DNA of 64,000 nucleotides. It comes from Clostridia bacterium. GTDB taxonomy: Bacteria > Bacillota > Clostridia > Oscillospirales > CAG-382. How positions within the stretch are numbered: position 1 is the first letter of the stretch; each line of letters begins with the position of its first letter. Shown here piece by piece: positions 51,642 through 59,134 of this stretch. The notes under the pieces were generated by a model. That model made no database searches. It had not been told where the DNA came from and saw nothing but the letters and a program-made list of their open reading frames with translations. Where the stretch lies: positions 14,960-78,959 of the forward strand of contig JAFSGD010000020.1 in assembly GCA_017434845.1 (NCBI GenBank), written 5' to 3'. The translations under genes were made by a program, and so were the position numbers.

Positions 51642-51670
51642 ATCTGTTGCCTCACTTTCTTTACAATATA

Positions 51671-51699
51671 AATATACCATTGCGCGAAAGGTTTGTCAA
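51671..51699 (-). promoter_or_regulatory. sigma-70 type promoter for thyA-folA
   Basis: On the - strand: TTGACA (51699-51694), 17-nt spacer, TATATT (51676-51671). Confidence 0.55.
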
Positions 51700-51790
51700 C
51701 CAATAGCCAAATAATGTTTTGTAAATAATCATTTTTTTGTTACTTGCGTTCAATAAGTTTGGTATAGGCATTTCAAAATGAAAAATAATA

Positions 51791-51799
51791 TGTTATAAT
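51791..51799 (+). promoter_or_regulatory. extended -10 element (TGtTATAAT) upstream of the sigma-factor gene
   Basis: TG at 51791-51792 and TATAAT at 51794-51799. The -35 is only weak. Confidence 0.4.
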
Positions 51800-51870
51800 T
51801 TTCAAAAAGTTCCAACCTTTTTCTTTTTGCGTGTCTATATGTGTGAAAGCTTTCAAAGAGGTGCAAACAA

Positions 51871-53535
51871 GTGAACAGACAAGATGTTGAGAATACGATA
51901 ACCGAATATATAAAGCCAATATTCGGTTTTGCATTGAAACGGTGTAAAAACATTCACGATGCCGAGGATTTGTCGCAAGAGATCGTAACACGGGCGTTTA
52001 GAGCACTACTAAACAAGAACGATGTTACCGATATGGGTAAATTCATATGGACAGTCGCCCACAATTCCTTAAGTAACTATTACCGAGATAACGCAAAAAG
52101 CGCAATAGGTGTTTCGTTTGAGGAAATTTCCGAGCTTATCGCGGAGCCTTCTGACGATACCGAAGCAGATGACGATGAAGACACTATCCGCCGTTTGCAA
52201 GCCGAAATAGCATATCTTTCGAAAATGCAAAGAAGAATAGTTATTGCCTATTTCTTCGAAAACCGAAAGCAAGCTGACATAGCAAACGAGCTTTCTATTC
52301 CTCTCGGCACTGTCAAATGGCACTTGTTTGAAGCAAAAAAAGAACTAAAAAGAGGTATGGATACAATGAGAAAAACAAGCGAACTTAAATTTAATCCGAT
52401 AAAGCTTAACCGCTTCTCGATCAACGGTTCGAGCGGCACAAAATCCATTGATGAATTCTTCCGTTCGGCGCTCGCGCAAAATATTTGCTATTGCTTGCGC
52501 AACACCGCAAAAACCATTAATGAAATTGCCGATGATCTCGGTGTTTCACCCGTTTATATAGAAAGTGAAGCAGAAAACCTTGAAAAATATGGTTATCTTT
52601 TAATGAAAAAGGATAAATATATTCTTAATTTCATCATCAACGAGCCCACCTCAGAATTGCTTGCCATGCAAAACGATATGTATAAACGCGCCGCCGAGCT
52701 TTTTGCCAACGAGCTTTATGATGAACTGATGACCTCGGGAATTTTAAATGATAACGATATACGTTGCAATCAAAGCGATGAACCTATCTCTCTTACCGAA
52801 TCGCCGAAAAGAGATAAAAACTTTTTGCTTTGGAGTTTGATCCCTTATATCGCCGCGCATTCCGGTGATGATCTTATGGATAACAGCATTTCATTTGACG
52901 AAGTTGCCACACTTCGCCCCGACGGTGCACATAATATATTCAGCGCTTCGGTTGTTCAAGATAACCTTGAATTGCCTGATAATTATGTGCATATGAAAAA
53001 CTGGTGCGGACCTATGTGGAACAGTAACGGCAAATATATTCTATGGCAGATCAACAGTGAATGGTCAAGTCGAGATATTAATTTCTTGAGTTATCCCGAA
53101 CAAACCTTGCGAGCTATCACCCTTTACGAAAGAGAACACGAAGAAGGATTACTTTCCAAAGACGAATATGCGTGGCTCTCCGAGCTCGGATACATAAAAA
53201 CGAACGGTGATTACGACGGACATTTCAAAACATCTTGGCAAATAGTTGAATTCGCGAACAGGGATATTCTTGATAAACTGTTCGCCATCGGTGATAAAAT
53301 CAAGGAAAAGCATGAAACCGAATTTGCCGAATTAAAAGCACCTTATATCAAAGCCGCTCTTGAAGCTGTTCCGGAGCATTTGAGAAAAGTCAAGGCATAC
53401 GAATTGCAATCTGTATTCCACGCAGACGGTTGGTTCTTACTGCATTGTATTTATGCACTTTTAAACAACGGAAAGCTTAAGGAGCCCACTAAAGATCAAA
53501 GAAAAGCCTTAACAACTATTATTCTTCCTAACTAA
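51871..53535 (+). CDS. sigma-70 family (ECF-type) RNA polymerase sigma factor fused to a ~370-aa C-terminal extension
   Basis: 554 aa with a GTG start. Region 2 (..DAEDLSQEIVTRAF..) and region 4 (..RRIVIAYFFENRKQADIANELSIPLGTVKWHLFEAKKELKR) fall in the first ~170 aa. A second wHTH-like segment (TAKTINEIADDLGVSPVYI...) follows, then a long uncharacterised soluble region. Confidence 0.75.
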   Translation: MNRQDVENTITEYIKPIFGFALKRCKNIHDAEDLSQEIVTRAFRALLNKNDVTDMGKFIWTVAHNSLSNYYRDNAKSAIGVSFEEISELIAEPSDDTEADDDEDTIRRLQAEIAYLSKMQRRIVIAYFFENRKQADIANELSIPLGTVKWHLFEAKKELKRGMDTMRKTSELKFNPIKLNRFSINGSSGTKSIDEFFRSALAQNICYCLRNTAKTINEIADDLGVSPVYIESEAENLEKYGYLLMKKDKYILNFIINEPTSELLAMQNDMYKRAAELFANELYDELMTSGILNDNDIRCNQSDEPISLTESPKRDKNFLLWSLIPYIAAHSGDDLMDNSISFDEVATLRPDGAHNIFSASVVQDNLELPDNYVHMKNWCGPMWNSNGKYILWQINSEWSSRDINFLSYPEQTLRAITLYEREHEEGLLSKDEYAWLSELGYIKTNGDYDGHFKTSWQIVEFANRDILDKLFAIGDKIKEKHETEFAELKAPYIKAALEAVPEHLRKVKAYELQSVFHADGWFLLHCIYALLNNGKLKEPTKDQRKALTTIILPN

Positions 53536-53576
53536 AATCGCACCGCCGAGACAGACTTGTTTCGGCGCAATGATAC

Positions 53577-53608
53577 AACAGAGACGAGATATTTTTCTCG
53601 TCTCTGTT
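53577..53608. terminator. hairpin between convergent genes
   Basis: A 12-bp stem, AACAGAGACGAG / CTCGTCTCTGTT, with an 8-nt loop. Confidence 0.55.
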
Positions 53609-53622
53609 CATTTGAACTAAGC

Positions 53623-54411
53623 TTAATCCTTTCTGAATATATCTAATGTATGGTGAGAATATCCCGTCAGCTCCAAACGTTCGCAGGTTGCAAGATGATA
53701 TTTGACATAAATCTCATATGCGTTATCATCCAACGTTGCAAGAGTATCGCGCATATGGTTAGCATATCCGTCGCTTGCAACGTAATGAAGCTGTGTAACA
53801 CTAAAGTTACCGCGCAACTCATCGATTTGTTCCTTACGATAAAGCTCAAATATATCCCACGGATGTGAAAACGTTTCGAAGGTTTCGGGGTCGAGCATAC
53901 AATCGTTTATGATATCGTAGATCTTTCCGCGAATAAATCCGTAAGAAAGAACTGTAGGGTCAGCCATACAGTAGGCAACGAAAACGACACCGCCTTTTTT
54001 AGTTACCCTTATCGCTTCCGACAGGGCCTTAAGCTGTTCCTTTTTATCGAAAAGATGATACATAGGACCCAACATCAATGTTATATCATAGCTTTCTTCG
54101 CAAAGCAGCGACAAATCGGTCGCATCGCCTTGCATTATGTTAACCTTTTCGCCGTTTTCGGTATTCTTTTTAAAAAGCTCCATATTATATTCCGTAAGCT
54201 CAACGGCATCAACAACATAGCCCTTGCGCGCCAAAGTATGGCTGTATCTTCCTGTTCCTGCACCGATTTCAAGAATTTTTGCAGCAGGCGTGAGATATTT
54301 TTCAATATAGTGCATCGTTGTTATATATTCGATTCTGCCATGCTTGGAAAGAAGTCTTCCCTCTTCATCATAGTTTCGATAATAATTTTCCAAATAGTCT
54401 TTTGTTTTCAT
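53623..54411 (-). CDS. class I SAM-dependent methyltransferase
   Basis: ORF trimmed to MKTKDYLENYY (ATG 54411, GGAG 7 nt upstream). It has SAM motif I, ILEIGAGTGRY. Confidence 0.8.
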   Translation of the reverse strand: MKTKDYLENYYRNYDEEGRLLSKHGRIEYITTMHYIEKYLTPAAKILEIGAGTGRYSHTLARKGYVVDAVELTEYNMELFKKNTENGEKVNIMQGDATDLSLLCEESYDITLMLGPMYHLFDKKEQLKALSEAIRVTKKGGVVFVAYCMADPTVLSYGFIRGKIYDIINDCMLDPETFETFSHPWDIFELYRKEQIDELRGNFSVTQLHYVASDGYANHMRDTLATLDDNAYEIYVKYHLATCERLELTGYSHHTLDIFRKD

Positions 54412-54450
54412 AGCGTTCTCCTTTTTCATATTGTATTCCTTATCTAAATA

Positions 54451-54492
54451 TAAAAAGCAGTGCAAGCGATTCTTTCTGCCTGCACTGCTTTT
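54451..54492 (-). terminator. intrinsic terminator (bidirectional shape)
   Basis: AAGCAGTGCA (54455-54464) pairs with TGCACTGCTT (54481-54490), flanked by A5 and T4 runs. Confidence 0.7.
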
Positions 54493-54517
54493 ATCTTTAT
54501 GATGTGATCAGTAGCGG

Positions 54518-54625
54518 TTAATCACCAAAAAAAGAGTATAGCAATGTAAGCCTGCGGATTTGCCAGGCTTTGGCGCACGCGGGCTGTATACTGAATTTAT
54601 TCACATTGCAGTTGCCGTAATTCAT
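54518..54625 (-). CDS. candidate unannotated sORF, 35 aa (MNYGNCNVNKFSIQPACAKAWQIRRLTLLYSFFGD)
   Basis: ATG at 54625 is preceded by GGAGG (complement of 54632-54636) with a 6-nt spacer, and the stop is TAA at 54518-54520. The sORF overlaps a compound stem-loop plus T7 that could instead be a terminator. Confidence 0.3.
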   Translation of the reverse strand: MNYGNCNVNKFSIQPACAKAWQIRRLTLLYSFFGD

Positions 54626-54677
54626 TGCTTTCCTCCGATTATTGTTGATCAACAACTTTAATAATTCGATATAGGGA

Positions 54678-56075
54678 TCATTGTTCCTTGGCTATCTTTC
54701 TGCCCATTAAAACACCCATAACCGAAGCCATCATCAAGCCTCTTGTCCAGCCGCTTGAATCACCGAGACAATAAAGACCTGCAATATTTGTGTTCAAATC
54801 GGCATCCATCTTAACTCGGTTGCTGTAAAACTTAAGTTCGGGTGAATAAAGCAAGGTCTCGCCCGATGCAAAGCCCGGAACGACCTTATCAACCGCATGT
54901 ATAAAATTAATTATGTTAACCATTGCACGATACGGCATAGCCGCCGTTATATCGCCTGCAACGGCATCGGGCAAGGTCGGGCGCACGTTTGATTGCGAAA
55001 GTTCCTTTTGCCAAGTACGTTTACCGTCCAGAATATCTCCGAAACGCTGAACGAGGATATGACCCGCACCTAACATATTGGTCAGCTCGCCAACCTTTTG
55101 TGCATAGGAAATAGGTTGATTAAACGGCACGTTGAAATTGTGAGAGCAAAGAATGGCAAGGTTTGTATTGTCGCTCTTCAATTCTTTATATGAATGTCCG
55201 TTCACAACGGCAAGATCGTTATCATAATTCTCTTGGCTTACAAAACCGCCGGGATTCTGACAGAAGGTTCTGACCTTATTTTTAAACGGATGAGGGTAAC
55301 CGATAAGCTTCGATTCATAAAGTGCGCGGTTTACGGTCTCCATTATTTCGTTACGAACCTCAACGCGAACACCGATATCAACCGTGCCCGGCTCGTGTGC
55401 AATGCCGTTTGCCTCACATATATGCTCGAGCCAATCGGCACCTCTTCTGCCTGTTGCAACAACCGTGTAATCGGCAAATATTTCTTTCTCAACGCCGTGC
55501 TCTTCAACGCGAACGCCAAGGCATTTGCCGTCTTTTAGAATCAATCCGCTGCATTCACAGCCAAACATCATCTCGACGCCGTTGTTCTGTAGATATTTTT
55601 CGATAGCGAGATAAATATCCTGCGCCTTCTCGGTGCCAAGGTGTCGAATAGGACAATCAACAAGCTTCAAGCCCGCCTTTATTGCGCGCTTTCTGATCTC
55701 TTTTACCTCTTCGCTTGCGTTTATTCCTTCTATATGCTCATCGGCACCGAATTCAAGATAAATTTTATCCGTGTAACCAATAGTTTCTCTGACGAGCTCA
55801 TCGCCGACAAGTCTCGGCAGATCGCCGCCAACCTCTTCACTCAGCGAAAGCTTTCCGTCCGAAAATGCGCCTGCGCCCGAAAAACCGCTTGTGATATGGC
55901 AATACGGCTTACAGCTAACGCATTGCTTTGTTATGTTTTTGGGGCACCTGCGATTTTCGATAGCCTTACCCTTTTCAACGATAAGAATATTCTTATTACC
56001 GTTTTTTCTTACAAGCTCCAACGCAGTAAAAATACCTGCGGGGCCTGCGCCGATTATAACAACGTCTTTTTTCAT
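54678..56075 (-). CDS. FAD-dependent protein (COG2509-like uncharacterised dehydrogenase)
   Basis: ORF trimmed to MKKDVVIIGAGPAG (ATG 56075, GGAGG upstream). It has the dinucleotide-binding GxGxxG motif and the cysteine cluster CPKNITKQCVSCKPYC. Confidence 0.75.
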   Translation of the reverse strand: MKKDVVIIGAGPAGIFTALELVRKNGNKNILIVEKGKAIENRRCPKNITKQCVSCKPYCHITSGFSGAGAFSDGKLSLSEEVGGDLPRLVGDELVRETIGYTDKIYLEFGADEHIEGINASEEVKEIRKRAIKAGLKLVDCPIRHLGTEKAQDIYLAIEKYLQNNGVEMMFGCECSGLILKDGKCLGVRVEEHGVEKEIFADYTVVATGRRGADWLEHICEANGIAHEPGTVDIGVRVEVRNEIMETVNRALYESKLIGYPHPFKNKVRTFCQNPGGFVSQENYDNDLAVVNGHSYKELKSDNTNLAILCSHNFNVPFNQPISYAQKVGELTNMLGAGHILVQRFGDILDGKRTWQKELSQSNVRPTLPDAVAGDITAAMPYRAMVNIINFIHAVDKVVPGFASGETLLYSPELKFYSNRVKMDADLNTNIAGLYCLGDSSGWTRGLMMASVMGVLMGRKIAKEQ

Positions 56076-56191
56076 TTTTTTGCTCCTCCGAGCCAACAAA
56101 ATAGCATAATAATTTTAACACATATCAATCCAAATGTCAAATTTCATTTTTCAAATATATAATTTCATTCAATCGTAATGCATATAAATAA

Positions 56192-56220
56192 TTGACATAG
56201 CTAAGCGGTTTTGATAAAAT
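56192..56220 (+). promoter_or_regulatory. sigma-70 type promoter for the 56249-57727 gene
   Basis: TTGACA (56192-56197), 17-nt spacer, TAAAAT (56215-56220). Confidence 0.55.
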
Positions 56221-56248
56221 GAATTCATAACATCAAGAAGGTGCACAA

Positions 56249-57727
56249 ATGTCTTTTAAATTGGTTATCCGATGCGGGAACGATTACTTTGAAAAAGAAT
56301 ACGATCATCAAGTAAAGCTCAGAGACGCTATTGCAGAAAGCGGCTTTTGCTTTGACGCGCCTTGCGGAAGCCGCGGTATTTGCGGAAACTGCAGGGTTGC
56401 GGCAATAGGCGCTTGCTCGGATGCCGAAGAAGTTGAAAAAGCATTTTTGGGCGACGCGTATCATATCGGTATGCGGCTTGCCTGCATGGCTTACGCAATC
56501 GGTGATTGCACGGTCGATATTCCGAAACGTGTTGATATTTCCGCGGAAATATCGCGCAACGCTTCAATTAAGATCGCGCCGATTTCCGGTAAAAAGCAAT
56601 GCATTGCCGCGGCGGTGGACCTTGGCACAACGACTATTGCGATCAGATACTTTTCCCTTCCCGACGGCGCGCTGTTGTTCAGCGACGTAATGCCCAACCC
56701 ACAGCGCATTCGAGGCGCTGACGTTATAACAAGAATAACCTATGCCGAAAACGGCGGTGCAAACGAGCTTAAAGTGCTCGCCGATTTGGCTTTAGAGCAA
56801 TCTTGCAAACGGTTCGGCCACAAGGTTGATTATTATATCATCGCCGGAAACACCGCAATGCTTTTGCTTTTAAGCGGAAGAAGCGTTTCGGGTATTGCAA
56901 GAGCGCCCTTCGAGCCCGAAACACTGTTTGGGTTCTGGGAAGGCAACCGTTATTACATGAAATGCGTTTCTGCATATATCGGCAGCGATGCCGTTGCATC
57001 ATTGCTTTCTTCGCAAATGTATAGAAGCAATTCACCGAGCGCTCTCTGCGATATAGGAACAAACAACGAATGTATTCTTTGGAACGGAAAACAGCTTTTT
57101 GCCTGTTCTTCCCCTGCGGGCCCCGCTTTTGAGGGCGCAAATATCTCCTGCGGAATGACTGCAACAAACGGCGCTATCCGCAAGATAGATAACGAAAACG
57201 GAAAACCGATCATAACCGCTATCGGTTCTTCAAGCGAGCCTATCGGCTTTTGCGGAAGCGGTCTGATAGACGCGGTTGCTTTCCTTCTTGCAAACGGATA
57301 TATCGGTTTTGACGGAAGCATAAATAAGTCTTTGCCGAAATTCGGCGCGGCACAGCTTAAACCCGAAGACGTCGCCGAGCTTCAGCTTGCTAAATCGGCT
57401 GTCTATTCAGGGCTAAAGACCTTGCTGGAAACCGCCTCGGTCTCGTCGGATTCTTTGGAAGCACTCTATCTTGCAGGAAGCTTTGGACAAAGAATTAACC
57501 CCGAAAATGCCGAGCTCATAGGTATGATACCGAAAAACTGTGCCAAAAAGGTTATGCTTGATTGCTCTGCAATCGACGGAATCACAATGTCTTTGCTGAA
57601 CGATAATTACCTTAACGAATCGGTCGGACTCGCCGATTCAATCAATGCGATCGAGTTGGCCGATAATGAAATATTCGCCGATTCGTTTATTAAAAATATG
57701 TATTTTAATGAGTTTTCCATTAAATGA
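56249..57727 (+). CDS. [2Fe-2S] ferredoxin domain fused to an ASKHA-fold ATPase (DUF4445; RACo-like corrinoid activation protein family)
   Basis: 492 aa. The N-terminal CGSRGICGNCRV...C is a plant-type 2Fe-2S pattern. AAVDLGTTTIAI is an ASKHA phosphate-1 motif, with later GNTAM and FCGSGL motifs. Confidence 0.7.
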   Translation: MSFKLVIRCGNDYFEKEYDHQVKLRDAIAESGFCFDAPCGSRGICGNCRVAAIGACSDAEEVEKAFLGDAYHIGMRLACMAYAIGDCTVDIPKRVDISAEISRNASIKIAPISGKKQCIAAAVDLGTTTIAIRYFSLPDGALLFSDVMPNPQRIRGADVITRITYAENGGANELKVLADLALEQSCKRFGHKVDYYIIAGNTAMLLLLSGRSVSGIARAPFEPETLFGFWEGNRYYMKCVSAYIGSDAVASLLSSQMYRSNSPSALCDIGTNNECILWNGKQLFACSSPAGPAFEGANISCGMTATNGAIRKIDNENGKPIITAIGSSSEPIGFCGSGLIDAVAFLLANGYIGFDGSINKSLPKFGAAQLKPEDVAELQLAKSAVYSGLKTLLETASVSSDSLEALYLAGSFGQRINPENAELIGMIPKNCAKKVMLDCSAIDGITMSLLNDNYLNESVGLADSINAIELADNEIFADSFIKNMYFNEFSIK

Positions 57728-57773
57728 TATAAAGTATTATATACTATGCTAAGTCCGAGAATTGAAATGTGAA

Positions 57774-58676
57774 ATGAAGATAGAGCGTCTTATTGGTATT
57801 ATAACAATTTTACAACAACAAAAACGAGTTACAGCCCCATACCTCGCCGAAAAATTTGAAGTGTCACGACGTACTATCAATCGTGATATTGATGACATCT
57901 GCAAAGCCGGCATTCCTATCGTTACGACACAAGGCGTAAATGGCGGAATTTCAATAATGGAAGGCTTTTCTCTTGATACTACTGTGTTTACTGAGCAAGA
58001 GCTAACCGCTATATTTACAGGGCTCAAATCGCTTGACAGTGTATCCAATTCTGCTTCTGCCGAAAAGCTTGCACAGAAAATTGGCGGTAATTCCGCAATT
58101 AAACTTGCGGATAATATGATTATTGATTTATCCTCGTTTTATAAAGATGATCTTGCCTTAAAAATTGATGTTATAAAACCGGCGATGAAAGAGTCAAAGT
58201 GCATTTCATTCCATTACTGCTATCCAAAAGGCGAGACAGATAAGCTGATCGAACCGCATCTGATCGTTTTCAAATGGTCAGACTGGTATGTGTTTGGATT
58301 TTGCAAGGCGCGGCAGGATTTTCGTATGTACAAGCTCCGCCGACTGTGGGATCTGCAGATCACCGATGAATCATATACTGCAAGAGACATTCCCGAGGAG
58401 AAAAAACAGTTTGGTTCTCACATGACGGATGACTATATTATTACTGCAGTGTATGATCCGTCTGTCAAATACCGCTTGGTTGAGGAACACGGACACGCTT
58501 GCTTTACCGTGCAGGAAGACGGAAAACTGTACACCGAGTGGGGTTTTACAACCCAAAAAGGTGCTTTGGAATGGTTTTTGAGCTTTGGTGCTAAAGTAAA
58601 GGTGCTCGAACCTCCCGAAATGGTTGAGCTAATTAAATCAACGCTGGATGAAATTAAAAAACAGTACGAAACATGA
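57774..58676 (+). CDS. YafY-family transcriptional regulator (HTH + WYL domain)
   Basis: ORF 57762-58676 (TTG) trimmed to ATG 57774. The N-terminal HTH reads ERLIGIITILQQQKRVTAPYLAEKFEVSRRTINRDIDDI. The central region ..KWSDWYVFGFC..DFRMYKLRRL.. is WYL-like. Confidence 0.8.
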   Translation: MKIERLIGIITILQQQKRVTAPYLAEKFEVSRRTINRDIDDICKAGIPIVTTQGVNGGISIMEGFSLDTTVFTEQELTAIFTGLKSLDSVSNSASAEKLAQKIGGNSAIKLADNMIIDLSSFYKDDLALKIDVIKPAMKESKCISFHYCYPKGETDKLIEPHLIVFKWSDWYVFGFCKARQDFRMYKLRRLWDLQITDESYTARDIPEEKKQFGSHMTDDYIITAVYDPSVKYRLVEEHGHACFTVQEDGKLYTEWGFTTQKGALEWFLSFGAKVKVLEPPEMVELIKSTLDEIKKQYET

Positions 58677-58704
58677 CATACTGTTGTTGTGTTGGATAAG
58701 GTAT
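58668..58704 (+). repeat. junction repeat copy 1 (GAAACATGACATACTGTTGT...GGTAT)
   Basis: Shares an identical 17-mer, ACATGACATACTGTTGT, with 59072-59088. It spans the TGA stop of the WYL regulator gene. Confidence 0.8.
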
Positions 58705-58726
58705 TATAAAAAGGAGAATATAAACG

Positions 58727-59077
58727 ATGATATTTGAGGGAATATGCCTTATTACAAATGATGTAAAGCGACTTTCCGAATTTTATCAAAAAGTGTTACA
58801 AACTACATCGGACTCCGATGATGATATTCATCAAGAAATTAAAACACGCGGGGCATTTTTATCCATTCTATATTGTGATCAAGCAACAAAAGGAAATCCA
58901 TATATGTCTATGGCGTTTACTGTTGACGATGTAGACGATGAATTTGTCAGACTAAAACGTTTAGGAATAAAAATAATTGATGAGCCGACTATGCGCCCTT
59001 GGGGAGCAAAGAATATGCGATTCTGTGATCCGGATGGAAATTTTGTTGTCTTTCGGAGCTTTCCCAAGAAAACATGA
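58727..59077 (+). CDS. VOC (glyoxalase/bleomycin-resistance/dioxygenase) superfamily protein
   Basis: 116 aa. The ..PWGAKNMRFCDPDGN.. C-terminal motif is typical of small VOC proteins. Confidence 0.75.
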   Translation: MIFEGICLITNDVKRLSEFYQKVLQTTSDSDDDIHQEIKTRGAFLSILYCDQATKGNPYMSMAFTVDDVDDEFVRLKRLGIKIIDEPTMRPWGAKNMRFCDPDGNFVVFRSFPKKT

Positions 59078-59105
59078 CATACTGTTGTCGCGTTTGGGAT
59101 GGTAT
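59068..59105 (+). repeat. junction repeat copy 2
   Basis: GAAAACATGACATACTGTTGTCGCGTTTGGGATGGTAT. It spans the TGA stop of the VOC gene. Confidence 0.8.
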
Positions 59106-59134
59106 AGTGTAGAAAAAACGACAGGAGAAATAAG

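Noticed and set aside
51800-51870. I looked for an ECF-type autoregulatory promoter (GGAAC-N16/17-CGTC) upstream of the sigma-factor gene. The string CCAAC...CGTGTC at about 51812-51838 caught my eye.
   Set aside because: The spacing between the AAC and the CGT is only about 13 nt, which does not fit ECF promoter geometry. The extended -10 at 51791-51799 is a better candidate.
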